From: an uncultured bacterium
Lineage (GTDB): Bacteria; B130-G9
DNA: 64,000 bases
Reading direction: 5' to 3'
NCBI GenBank assembly: GCA_965372715.1
Contig: CBDVDH010000005.1
Coordinates: forward strand, 1-64,000
The position numbers and the translations under genes are program-made. This document shows positions 11,301 through 20,829 of the stretch, one piece after another (position 1 is the first letter of the stretch; each line of letters opens with the position of its first letter). The notes beneath the pieces were generated by a model. It was not told the DNA's origin and ran no database searches. It worked only from the letters and a program-made list of their open reading frames with translations.

Positions 11301-11908
11301 AGAGATACGCCTCGCTGCTTCAAAGGTTCAAAGTGCAGCCGATCGCCAAGGTCATCGAAAACACGACTGCGCTGAAGCCCGGCGACAGGCTCAGGCTCGC
11401 CGGCGTGGTCATCGAAAAGACCACCAAGACGACCCGCAACAAGGAGAGGATGGCCATTCTTGTAGTTGAGGACCTCACAGGGCTCTTCCGCGTCGTGGTG
11501 TTTCCGAACCTATACAGAGAGATCGCGGGGCGCCTCAGCGAGTCGGTCCCAATTTCCATAACCGGGACGGTGAAGGTCGAGGCCTCAGAGACCGATGAAG
11601 GCGATACCGTGGAGATATTCGCCGACGAGATATTTCCGCTGGACAAGCTCAGGGAGCGCTTTTTGACCGAGATAAGAATCAGGCTCTCATCGAGGCTCCT
11701 AAATGAGGAACAGCTGAGGCTCCTGCACGATGTGGCGAGAAGCTACCCCGGTAAGTGCGCCTTGTCGCTACAGCTGGAGCAACTCGAGGACAACGGCGTC
11801 GATTCAGTCGTGATCTCGGCCGGCGAAGAATACCGCGTCTCCCCATGCGAGGCGTTTCTCGAGCGCCTCAAGGAAATCGCCCCGGTCATCGACACAATCG
11901 AGCTCTGA
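8396..11908 (+). CDS. dnaE: DNA polymerase III alpha subunit
   Basis: PHP HLHVHT/TDHG, GPGRGSA, MPDIDID, YGFNKSH, C-terminal OB fold. Confidence 0.97.
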   Translation: MKPFVHLHVHTDYSVLDGMCAIDKLVAKALKWNMPAIAITDHGNLFGAIEFYQACTAAGIKPVIGCEVYVAPRTMSDRDANADSQTRTSHLVLLAKNFEGYLNLAKLSSEAYINGFFYKPRVDRELLRRHSSGLVGLSACMKGEIAQCLRRGEHQKARAAAEFYRDLFGPGAFFIEIMKNCPSQRELVEPLVALAEEMNVPLVATNDCHYVEKSDAKAHDALLALQQKTKVEDDNRLKFPTDDFYFKSPETMFTEFSEAPEALENTIRIAEMCDDNVLEPSLGAYLTPEFEVPDGYDLDSYLVRLVRDGLDEKLDILKKGVSAVEFEPLSKEYRHRLDLELGVIRETKFAGYFLIVWDFIRFAREHGIPVGPGRGSAVGSLVCYCLGITDMDPIKYGLLFERFLNPERIGMPDIDIDLCQERREEVFSYLRSKYGEQNVAQIIVFHKFKTDSVILDMARVLSIPAHKAALVKSLIPPGMKLDDAIRRVPGLGVSMNDDPQVAQLVDMGRRLDGLTRHVGKHACGVVISPKPLSEIIPLYKPSDKDEITTQYHMDSIGELGLLKMDLLGLKTLTMVAKCADLIEQSRGVRVDISQVPLDDDKTLALFASADTMGVFQFESSSMRALLKRIRPDCFEDVIACNALHRPGPMKSGMVDDYAERKHGRQKIDYLGFDQLKDALSETKGVVVYQEQAMLISNIIAGFTYGQADVLRRAMGKKKMKEMESMRKKFVKGAMRHGTDEKRAHKLFDLLAGFAEYGFNKSHSTAYAYLAYQCAYLKAHYLPEFVAAILSINRADYASLRSKLAECRGLGIRLLPPDINSSQADFSVVEGSILFGLSAIKGIGGGVVSEIVAARKDGEAFKSMVDFCKRAPQGIAKRNVLERLIQAGAFDSFGPSRAQHTEMIDDALNLTAAAHQERESGQQPLFGGMQAGSQDGSEITTPDVPDWDIDELLNKERHVLEAYLSGHPLERYASLLQRFKVQPIAKVIENTTALKPGDRLRLAGVVIEKTTKTTRNKERMAILVVEDLTGLFRVVVFPNLYREIAGRLSESVPISITGTVKVEASETDEGDTVEIFADEIFPLDKLRERFLTEIRIRLSSRLLNEEQLRLLHDVARSYPGKCALSLQLEQLEDNGVDSVVISAGEEYRVSPCEAFLERLKEIAPVIDTIEL

Positions 11909-11947
11909 CGGCTCAACGACATGACGCTTGAGCAAAGAAGAAGGCAC

Positions 11948-12021
11948 GTAGGGGCGGCTCACGAGCCGCCCTCGTTTGATTTGACCCAACGCTTCAAGGG
12001 CGGCTCGTGAGCCGCCCCTAC
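11948..12021. repeat. Inverted REP doublet downstream of dnaE
   Basis: GTAGGGGCGGCTCACGAGCCGCCC ... GGGCGGCTCGTGAGCCGCCCCTAC. Confidence 0.85.
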
Positions 12022-12078
12022 AAAGCTCAATCGCGACCCGTGGGACAACATGGTCGAGGACGCGCGGACCTGAACCAG

Positions 12079-14400
12079 ATGAGTCGCATTGCAGCTTCAG
12101 GGCAAAGAGTGATTATTCTCAGTTGTCTGGTCGTTGCGCCACTTCTGTTCGTTCCCCAAGCACTTGATCCGTTCGTTCTGCCGAAATGGTTCGTCGTCAA
12201 GCTGGCCGGGCTGCTTCTTCTCGTTTTCTCATTGTTTGACATGAGGAACCGCGCGAAACCGCTCTTCGCCGCGCCGCTGGACTTCGGCGCTCTGATGCTC
12301 CTTCTTGCATTCGGTATCGCATCATTGAGGACCCCCGGCACCTGGACCGGTCTGCAAACGCCCACTCAATTGCTGGCTCTCTGGGTGATATATCGGGCCA
12401 TAGCTCTGGGAGACCTCTCGCAGAAGCCAAAAAAGCTCTGCGTCGCTACCCTCGCGCCAGCGTTCGCGCTTTCGCTCACGCCCGTCGTTCTTGTGGCGTG
12501 TGCAGACACGGCCGCCTCTTTTGCATTCAGTGCGGCTCTGCTCGGGCACAGCAATTATGCGGGTCAATGGGCAGTCCTTGTGACGCCCGTGTTCGTCGCA
12601 TTCTGCTTGACGGCGCGAGGTTGGGTGAGAAGAACTTCCGCGGCGGTCTCACTCGGTTTGTGCTTGTGTTATCTTCTCATCTCCGGTTGCCGAGGCGCGT
12701 GGGTTGCCCTGGTTGCTGCGACGAGCATTGTCGTGATCGCGCGTTGGCACTGGGTCGCAAACAAAGTTCCCAGAAGGCGACTCCTGCTCCTGGCCGCCAT
12801 TGTTGCCGTTGCCATTCTCGCGTCGTGGCACACAGGCTTTCTGGAACAGCGCCTGCTTTCCTCATTTGGCCGCGCGGACACGGGGATAAGATTCAGGGTC
12901 CTCGCCTGGGACAGCACCCTAAAAATGATCGCCCGGGAGCCAATCTGGGGCGTTGGCGCAGGCGGCTTTGCCGCGTATTACCCGCGTTATCGCGCGGTCG
13001 AAGAGCGATCGCTCTTCCCGCAGAGGAGGTTCGTGGCAAGCCCACATAATAGCTATCTACTTGCCGCGGCCGAGGCAGGACCCTTGGGCATGATTGCGAT
13101 ACTGGTTCTCGCAATCACGTCGCTTCGGCTGGCCCTTTCTCCCTACAAACGCTTGAGCCCATCAGATCAGGTCCTCCGCACAGCGGCTGGCGTGGGTGTT
13201 GTCGCAACGCTCATCCACACTGGGGTGAGCTTCAACCTCGAAAGCCCCGTTTCGGCGCTCTACTTCTGGGCATTCGCCGGCATGTTGTCCGCACATGGGA
13301 GAACAAGCAGGCCAGCTGCCATCGTTTCCCGCCAGAGACATCCAATACGGGCTGCCCTTATGCTCCTGGCAATCATGCTGCTTACAGTAGCCGTCTTCGC
13401 TGACGCCAAGAGGATTATGGCCTCAATTCACGCGCCGGCCGGATCAGAGTTCAAGCGGCGCGGCGAGCTCTCGAAGGCCGAACAAGAACTCGAGGCGGCG
13501 GTCCGCATCTGGCCCGAATCGCCCAACGTATGCCACCTGCTGGCCCGGGTGATGTTGCAGAAGGGAGACCTCGATGCTTGCGAGAGGCTAAACAAGAAGG
13601 CTCTCGAGCTATGGCCGCATTTCAGGGATGCTCTGCTCGATGTGGGTATCGTCAAATGGCGCCAGAATAAGCTCGAGGAGGCAAGGAGGTTCATGGATAG
13701 GTCAATTGAGATCGACCCTGCGTTCACGAGGGGGCGCATCGCGCTGGGCAATCTGCTTGCAACACAACAAGATTATGGGGCGGCAATTGAGCAATATCGA
13801 CATGCCCTGAAGCAGGGGTCCTCAAGGGACAAGGCGTGTTACTACATCGCCGCGGCCAGGGCAGCACAAGGAAGGCCGGAGGAGGCGCTGGATGCAATGA
13901 ACGGGATTCTGATTTTCAAGCACATGCTGCTCGATTGGCGACTCTCGATGTCCGTCAAAGCCGACTACTTAATTGATGTCCTCGGCCACGGAGAGAAGAC
14001 CTTCCGTGTTGTTGTGAGAGATGGTGATCTCTGGCCAGTCTGGCAAAGTAAGACCTCGGGAATCGCGCACATAGACGCCTCGCCGCCTCGAATTGAGGTC
14101 TCTTCAGTCCCGGAAGGCGTTGCGATACGAGTCTCGCCTGACGGTGAAAGCGCTTTGTTGCAGTTTAGTAAGTGCCCGGACTCGCGGGCTCGCGTCTATT
14201 CTATCGTCGTCGATGGGGGAGGCGCCAGGAATTCGTTTGACCTTTGGGCAGACCCGACCTTCTACTCCCAGGCCCTCCTTTTGGCTGGCCGGATTCTGTC
14301 CTCTCTGGATAGAGCCGACGAGGCCGAGGCGATGTGGCGAGAGTCGCTCAGACTGGACCCCGAGAACGCCCAGGCCCGACAGCTGCTCGAAGTGCATTGA
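12079..14400 (+). CDS. O-antigen ligase (Wzy_C)-family membrane protein with C-terminal TPR repeats
   Basis: Many TM helices; SGCRGAW, R-x-x-x-W, PIWGVGAG, PHNSYL; TPR repeats. Start taken at the ATG after the REP. Confidence 0.85.
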   Translation: MSRIAASGQRVIILSCLVVAPLLFVPQALDPFVLPKWFVVKLAGLLLLVFSLFDMRNRAKPLFAAPLDFGALMLLLAFGIASLRTPGTWTGLQTPTQLLALWVIYRAIALGDLSQKPKKLCVATLAPAFALSLTPVVLVACADTAASFAFSAALLGHSNYAGQWAVLVTPVFVAFCLTARGWVRRTSAAVSLGLCLCYLLISGCRGAWVALVAATSIVVIARWHWVANKVPRRRLLLLAAIVAVAILASWHTGFLEQRLLSSFGRADTGIRFRVLAWDSTLKMIAREPIWGVGAGGFAAYYPRYRAVEERSLFPQRRFVASPHNSYLLAAAEAGPLGMIAILVLAITSLRLALSPYKRLSPSDQVLRTAAGVGVVATLIHTGVSFNLESPVSALYFWAFAGMLSAHGRTSRPAAIVSRQRHPIRAALMLLAIMLLTVAVFADAKRIMASIHAPAGSEFKRRGELSKAEQELEAAVRIWPESPNVCHLLARVMLQKGDLDACERLNKKALELWPHFRDALLDVGIVKWRQNKLEEARRFMDRSIEIDPAFTRGRIALGNLLATQQDYGAAIEQYRHALKQGSSRDKACYYIAAARAAQGRPEEALDAMNGILIFKHMLLDWRLSMSVKADYLIDVLGHGEKTFRVVVRDGDLWPVWQSKTSGIAHIDASPPRIEVSSVPEGVAIRVSPDGESALLQFSKCPDSRARVYSIVVDGGGARNSFDLWADPTFYSQALLLAGRILSSLDRADEAEAMWRESLRLDPENAQARQLLEVH

Positions 14401-14438
14401 GATCGACACATCGTCGCCGTAGGTAGGCGAACGGGCGT

Positions 14439-14514
14439 GTAGGGGTTCGCCGCGCGGCGAATGCCTGCCCTGTCCTATCGATCGTAAAGGGCAACCGCGG
14501 GGGGATTGCCCCTA
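14439..14514. repeat. REP doublet whose first hairpin is interrupted by TTCGCCGCGCGGCGAA
   Basis: GTAGGGG[TTCGCCGCGCGGCGAA]TGCCTGCCC ... GGGCAACCGCGGGGGATTGCCCCTAC. Confidence 0.8.
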
Positions 14515-14594
14515 CGGGATCACAACGCTGGCACACGTGACTCCGGCGGAAGCGCCTTGCCCATTTGACTGCCAACTGCCAACCGCCAACCGCC

Positions 14595-16807
14595 TCAAGC
14601 GAGCGGGTAGTGGTATCCCATGTCAACGGCGCCAGTATCGGGCGTGCCGTCCGCCTGCGTCGTCTTGTCCGAGAGCCCTGACTCCTCCGCGGAGCAGCTT
14701 CCAGCGTCGATGCACGGGCTATCTGGATGTAGATAGTACTCCCCCAGCGGCCCGACGACGAACATCGGGTCGTCGTGGATGTTGCCCTCGCCGGCATCGT
14801 CGTTGTCAATGCAGCAATACTCCGCGGAGCAATTGTACGGCGCATCTCCATTTTCCCAAACTATGCAATTGATGATCGTGATCCAAAGCTCGTCATGAAA
14901 GTATATCGCACCGCCGCCGTCGTTCGCCGAACAGCGCGTTACTGTGTTGTTTGAGATTCTCGGCGAAGAACGACCCAGGCTACATATCGCGCCGCCGTAG
15001 CGAGCCGCCGAGTTGCCCGCAAAGATGTTGTTCGTGATCGTCGGCGAACTGTAGCGTTCACAGAATATTCCACCACCTTCGTCCGCGGAGTTGAACGCTA
15101 TCGTGTTGCCTGAGACCGCAGGGGAAGGGCTCATGTAGCAGTTTATCCCGCCCCCGCGCAGATCTGCCCGGTTGTCCGTGATGACGTTGTTCGCGATGAG
15201 GGGTGAAGAATAATAGCAGTAGATGCCGCCACCTGTTTCCGCTATATTGCCCGAGATGCTATTGTCACGGATCATTGCAGGAGAGTGGTTGCAGCATATG
15301 CCGCCACCCATCGTAGCCGAGTTCCCGCTTATCGTGTTTCCCAGAATCAAAGCCACTCTGCTGCCTCTGCAACATATCCCACCACCGCCGTAGGTGCCGG
15401 TGTCCACATTGCCCGTGATCATGTTGCCTACGATGGTTGCTGCATTCCAGCAATGGATCCCGTGAAAGGAGTTATATGAGATTACATTGTCGCGTATGGT
15501 GGGGCTCCGACTGCCAGTGCAGTATACTCCGCTGAGGCCGTTCCCGGAGATCGTGTTGCCCTCTATTACCGCTTCAATGTAGCAGTAGATCCCGTTCTTC
15601 GAGTTGCCGGTGATCGTATTGCCCTGGATGGCCGTTGAACCCTCGAAGCCGTGACAATATATCCCGTGGCCGTCATTGTCTGAGATGACGTTGTCCCGAA
15701 TCGTCCCCAGACCTGTATTTATTCCCTGTCGTAGAGGATGCCAGCGCCATTCTCCTCCGCTGAATTGCCCGTAATCGTGTTGCGGATTATCTTCGCCGAA
15801 CTATCAGCCTCGCAGTATATCCCGCCGCCACGACCCCATTTAGCGAAGTTATTCGTGATCATGTTGTCCTCGATAACTGGCGAGCCGTCTTCGCAGTAGA
15901 TACCACCGCCATCGAAGTCAGCCGAGTTGGCATTGATTGTGTTTGCGCGGATGATCGGGGAACACGCTTCACAGAATATGCCGCCGCCGCTATAAGGCCA
16001 CTCGTTATCGGCATTCCCCCCGGTGATGGTGAATCTCTCTATACTCACGCCTTCGTCGCCTATACAAGAGATTATATTGTCGGCAATGTCCCTACCGTCA
16101 AGAATGGTGGTCTCTCTATCGTCACCGGATAGGGAAACATAATCTCTCATGTGAAGCGGAAATGCCTCGCCATTGGTCGTGTAGGAATAGGTGCCGGCTG
16201 CGACGTGAATCGTCACTGGGGTCGCCTCAGTGCCCCTGACAGAGCTCAGCGCGTGGCAGATCCTCCGCCACGGGCTATTCCCTGAGCCATCATTGTCATC
16301 GTCACCGAGCTCAGCATCGACGTAGTAGTCGGTCGGTGGGCCATGGAATACCTCGAATGGCGCGAAGCTGATTTCGGACACGAACTCCAGCGTCCCGGGG
16401 TGCGTCAGGCCGGCCGCGAACGAGTATTCGCCCTGCTCGCCAATGGGCGGCATCACGCATGGGATGTTGAACCACTGGAACGGGACAGGCGCCATGTAGA
16501 ACGGGTCCGGGACGAAGAGATCGGACATCCACGGCTCCAAAAAAGCGCCCCAGCCGCCCTGACTCAGCGTGTAGAGAGCGCCGTCATGCCCAACCAGGCC
16601 CACATAGACATCGACGCTCATAGGCTCGTCATAGTTCTCGCCGCCGAGGCTGAGCTCGATCGTCTCACCGGCGCAATAGCCGCCGCGGTCGGTAACAACC
16701 GTCACCGTCGGCCCAGCGTTCGCCCATGTCGCAGCCATCACAACCGCGACGGAGAAAAGGCTGATCATCCTACGGCTGATCTTCCCACGACTGAGAACCG
16801 ATCCCAT
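14595..16807 (-). pseudogene. Secreted DUF1565/right-handed parallel beta-helix protein split by a frameshift near 15725
   Basis: 5' ORF 15719-16807 ends ILYDRE-stop; the same GGGIYC/TITGN repeats continue in another frame (NTGLGTIRDNVISDNDGHGIYC...) to 14595. Confidence 0.8.
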
Positions 16808-17232
16808 TTGTTATACCTCGTTTGTAGCCCTACTCTCTTCGCGTACGCCAAGAGCATAGCACATTGCAGGGACAATCTTAAAGTGATTTCGATCGGGAGC
16901 CTAGCCAAAGCCCTACGGCTTTGCCTGCGTGGGAGGCTGGCCATCTGTGGTGGTTGACGGTATTCTACGCACAATATATTGCACAACGGGGCGAGGTGTG
17001 GGGTTTTTGCCACTCCGATTTCCCGGATGCCGCACATCCGGATTCGCAGCTCAGGGCGAACCCCGCGAGGTTTGTCGAAGAATCTACGACACGGATTTGA
17101 GTTTTTGCCACAAGTGATCCACTTTCTCGTTCCTAATTACTCTTCAACGAGGTGTTGACCGAGAGCGTGAATCTGCGTATGGCAGGTAGATTGCGCGTGC
17201 TCAACGGGCGGGCCGAAAACTTTTTCGTGGTT

Positions 17233-17248
17233 TGGCACATTTACTGCT
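17233..17248 (+). promoter_or_regulatory. Putative sigma-54 (-24/-12) promoter of lpxC
   Basis: TGGCAC-ATTTA-CTGCT (GG-N10-GC); palindrome TGTCG-N9-CGACA at about 17073-17091 upstream. Confidence 0.6.
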
Positions 17249-17269
17249 CAGTCTTACTACGACGGAGGG

Positions 17270-18235
17270 ATGGTCTCAAGTATGAACCGTATGATTACGA
17301 AAAACGACTGCTTGCAAAAGACACTAGAGCGCTGTGTGTCGTGCACGGGCATTGGGCTACACAGCGGCGAAAAGGTCCGCATGAGGCTCTGTCCCGCGGG
17401 GCCCGACACTGGTGTCATATTCCGCCGGATTGACCTGGGCGGCCGGGCGGTCGCCGCGTGTCTGAGTAACGTTGCCGACGTCTTCTACGCCACCTCGCTC
17501 AAGGACGGGGATGTTGAGGTCCAGACCGTTGAGCATCTGCTGGCCGCGTTCTCCGCGATGGGCATCGACAACGCGTTGGTCGAGATCGACGACAAGGAAG
17601 TGCCAATACTCGATGGGAGCGCCGCGCCGCTGGTCTTTCTGATCAAAGAGGCGGGTGTCCGAACGCTCAACAGGACGCGACGCTGCATCGTGATAAAGGA
17701 GCCTATTCGGGTCGAGGCGGACGGCAAGTGGCTGGCGGTTTTCCCGTCGGACCATCTGCGGATTTCCTACACCGTCGATTTCGAGCATCCCGTTATCGCC
17801 AAGCAGTCATGCTCTTTTGCGATAACGAAGGACGAGTTCATAAGGGAGCTGGCGCCCGCGAGGACATTTGGCTTCTTGAGCGAGATACGCCAGCTCATGA
17901 AGATGGGCCTCGCGCAGGGCGGCTGCCTCGACAACGCTGTCGTCGTCAACGATCATCGCATATTGAATCCCTACCTCAGGTTCAAGGACGAATTTGTCAG
18001 ACATAAGGCACTCGACCTTCTAGGCGATCTCGCGCTTCTGGGCGGACCAGTCTTGGGCCACGTAGTCGCTCACAAGGCTGGTCATTCTCTTCACACTGCG
18101 CTTGTCGGGGCGATCCTTCAGGAACAGGAGAGCTGGTACGAGGCTGAGCTTTCAAGGGCCACGCTCGAGACAGTCGCCGCCCAGAACGCGAGGCGACCTA
18201 ATCAGAGCTGGGAAAGAGCGTATCTTTCGGCATAG
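17270..18235 (+). CDS. lpxC: UDP-3-O-acyl-N-acetylglucosamine deacetylase
   Basis: QKTL, GIGLHSG, TVEHLL, PILDGSA, ARTFGF, EFVRHKALD. Confidence 0.97.
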   Translation: MVSSMNRMITKNDCLQKTLERCVSCTGIGLHSGEKVRMRLCPAGPDTGVIFRRIDLGGRAVAACLSNVADVFYATSLKDGDVEVQTVEHLLAAFSAMGIDNALVEIDDKEVPILDGSAAPLVFLIKEAGVRTLNRTRRCIVIKEPIRVEADGKWLAVFPSDHLRISYTVDFEHPVIAKQSCSFAITKDEFIRELAPARTFGFLSEIRQLMKMGLAQGGCLDNAVVVNDHRILNPYLRFKDEFVRHKALDLLGDLALLGGPVLGHVVAHKAGHSLHTALVGAILQEQESWYEAELSRATLETVAAQNARRPNQSWERAYLSA

Positions 18236-18489
18236 GTAACCCAACAAGCAACGGGGGCGGCTCGTGAGCCGCCCCCACAGACCCCCACCTCACGAGCTCA
18301 ACTCCGCCCGCCAAACGCGTTTTTATAACTCTTTTCGTGCCTTCGTGTCTTTGTGGTTTGCTTCGGCAGGCGCACTACCCGAAGAATCAGATTGATGGTC
18401 GCTGACATCGTGTCTTGAAGTCGCTTCAGCCATTCACAAGGCTGATCTTGTTGCATACAGTAGTGATGCGTCTTGCACCCGTTGGGTGG

Positions 18490-18663
18490 TTTGGAGTGCG
18501 GTGACCTGGCACCGCTTTCACTTGCCGCGGCCTGACGCGGCATCTGCCCTAATCAATGATTCCGCGTTCTCCAAATCACGCACTTGACCGCTCATAACGC
18601 GGTCCTGAGAATGCGGTGCAAGGTCACCGCCAAGAAAAGCGGCGTCAGGCCGCCGCACTCCAG
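18490..18663. repeat. REP-like element, second family (TTGGAGTGCGG...CCGCACTCCA)
   Basis: Terminal inverted hairpins; related element at 37699-37874. Confidence 0.75.
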
Positions 18664-18702
18664 AAGGCCCTCTTTGCTCGGCCCAATCTGATTTTTCGGG
18701 TA

Positions 18703-19506
18703 CTACGCCTTTGTGGCCTTCAGCGAGAACGTGAGCGGGAGCGTTTCGGGGGCCTTTGGGTAGCGCCAGCGGCCGTCCTTGCCCTGTTTCAGGAAGGGGT
18801 GCGACTGATACGAGACGAAGTCGAACTCGTGCAAAAACTCGAGCCTAAGACCGGCCTCGATCAACGAATTGATGACGTCTCCTATGGTGTACCACCACTC
18901 ACAGTGCGGGACGCCGACGCGCGCATCCGGGTCTGCGTAGTCGCCGCTATCGTCGCCGGGAAACTGCATCGGCTCCGTCGTGTGGAAGTAGGGATACCGC
19001 AGTCTCGGGGGGCATTCTGGGGCCTGCTCATCGTCCATCACGCGAGCGAATGGATGAGCCTCGCGGATATAGAAAACGCCGCCCGGCTTCAGGAAATGCG
19101 CGATGACGCCCGCCCAAACCCGCAGGGCTGGCAGCCAGGGCAAAACGCCGGCCGAGGTAAAAACGATGTCGAACTCACCTGACAGGCGGCTTGGCAGCTC
19201 CGACAGCTCGCAGCAGACGAACTCGGCGGGAATGTTCAACTCACTGGCCAGCTGCCTCGCCTTCTCGGAGAAATCTACGCCCGTAACCTCGGCGCCTCGT
19301 CGAGCCCACGAAAGCGTATCCAGGCCGAAATGGCACTGAAGGTGCAGCAGCGACTTGCCCGCAACGTCGCCGACCTCCTCGACCTCAATCGGGTCCAGTG
19401 TGCAATTGCCCCGCTTGAACCCCTCCACATCGTAAAACTCCGACGCGACATGGATCGGCGTCAGAGCGTCCCATAGCTCCCGGTTGGTCTTGACGTGCTT
19501 GTTTAC
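18703..19506 (-). CDS. Class I SAM-dependent methyltransferase, 5' start uncertain or damaged
   Basis: NRELWD, LLHLQCHFGLDTLS, GVDFS motifs; no ATG/GTG at the expected start (GTA AAC AAG). Confidence 0.75.
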   Translation of the reverse strand, partial: VNKHVKTNRELWDALTPIHVASEFYDVEGFKRGNCTLDPIEVEEVGDVAGKSLLHLQCHFGLDTLSWARRGAEVTGVDFSEKARQLASELNIPAEFVCCELSELPSRLSGEFDIVFTSAGVLPWLPALRVWAGVIAHFLKPGGVFYIREAHPFARVMDDEQAPECPPRLRYPYFHTTEPMQFPGDDSGDYADPDARVGVPHCEWWYTIGDVINSLIEAGLRLEFLHEFDFVSYQSHPFLKQGKDGRWRYPKAPETLPLTFSLKATKA

Positions 19507-19510
19507 GTGA

Positions 19511-20683
19511 TTAGGGCTCTTCCTCATCTTCCGTCTGTGAATCATCCATCGCACGCCCGAAGGCTGGCCGCAGCTTGCTGCTGATGTTCGTCACCTGCGT
19601 GCGCACCAGCGTCAACTCATCGAAAAGTAGATAGATCATCTTGTCAGCAAACACCTTCTCGTCCCCAGCAGCTACGATGAACTCCTGGATTTCGCGTATC
19701 TGGTTCTCGTCGCTCACTATGATCATATAGTGGCAATAGGGCGCTACGATCTTCAGCCTGGTGAGAAGGTCCGGGATGCTCCCTTTCACCTGAACCTCAC
19801 CGGCAATCCGTATCTCTCCGACTATGGGCAGATTTGTCTTCCAGATAGCATCCAGGTGCTTGTTAAAAACGCGAGCTGTGAGCATCGCGACCTTTTGTGA
19901 AGGCATCAGATCTGAAAGCTTAGGTTCCTTAGCGGTCTGATAGCCCAGGTGCTCCCCAACGGCCACCAAGTTCTCAACGGCGATGGTATGTTCTGTTCTC
20001 TCTTTGTTTGGGTGAGTGTCGATCAGCCAGTTCTCGTACTTCGTCACCCCTTTGTCTGTTATGAAATATCTTCTGGGCACACCTTCATGGTGAACCAAAC
20101 CCAGGGGAATCAGTATGTGTCTCAATCTAGTTCCTACACTGAATTTCAAAACTGCTTCTGAGTGGACGCTGTGTCCGGCTTCTTTCTTGAGCCAATCCTT
20201 CCACAGCGGCAGCAAATCACTTGTAGATGCACCGTCGTTGGAGCGAACAATCCCAAGCAGGGCGATGCAACCCTCCGCGTAAACGAACTCGTCGATCGTG
20301 GCAGGATCATTCTTCACGAATCTCCGGCCGCTCTCGGTCAACTTCAGAACCCCATTGTGGTCCGCCAGGAAGCTGTGGCCAAGAAGAACATTCATGTATC
20401 TGCTGTTGAAGTGACGAGGATTGAGATCAGCCTCAGCAATTCTCAGGGCCGCACTCGAACTCGCGTCATCCAGAACATTGCGCCTTCTCAAATCAGGAAT
20501 CCACTTCATCGGCATCTTGAAATCCTTCGGCTCGCGAGGTGTGCCAGTGGCCTCTGACAACTGGGCACGAAGTTGTCGGACATCCTTTGAGGTCATTCCG
20601 TCCAACACCCGCGCAAATCGTGCGAGCTCTTTCATACTGCAAAGCTGGTGGGTGGAATAATTGGTAACCATTTTTTTGCCCAT
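19511..20683 (-). CDS. Putative restriction-type nuclease (winged-helix-like N-terminus, C-terminal PD-(D/E)xK-like domain)
   Basis: LKLTESGRRF and YFITDKG wHTH-like ends; LDAIW...GEVQVKGS nuclease-like motif; lower GC than flanks. Confidence 0.6.
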   Translation of the reverse strand: MGKKMVTNYSTHQLCSMKELARFARVLDGMTSKDVRQLRAQLSEATGTPREPKDFKMPMKWIPDLRRRNVLDDASSSAALRIAEADLNPRHFNSRYMNVLLGHSFLADHNGVLKLTESGRRFVKNDPATIDEFVYAEGCIALLGIVRSNDGASTSDLLPLWKDWLKKEAGHSVHSEAVLKFSVGTRLRHILIPLGLVHHEGVPRRYFITDKGVTKYENWLIDTHPNKERTEHTIAVENLVAVGEHLGYQTAKEPKLSDLMPSQKVAMLTARVFNKHLDAIWKTNLPIVGEIRIAGEVQVKGSIPDLLTRLKIVAPYCHYMIIVSDENQIREIQEFIVAAGDEKVFADKMIYLLFDELTLVRTQVTNISSKLRPAFGRAMDDSQTEDEEEP

Positions 20684-20829
20684 CTTTGATCCTCCAGTCC
20701 TTATCGTTCCAAGGGCGGCCTGCTCAATGAATTACAGCGTTCCGTTACAGCCACAAATGCCCCTTTTGTCCCACAGCACACTGTGCCGTCAAACCTTAAT
20801 ACAGAAACACGATTGTTTCCAATCGGGCA

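Noticed and set aside
8396-11908. Intein in DnaE
   Set aside because: Normal length; no C...HN splice junction or homing-endonuclease insert seen.
14595-16807. Diversity-generating retroelement target among the surface proteins
   Set aside because: No reverse transcriptase and no TR/VR pair differing only at adenines was seen.
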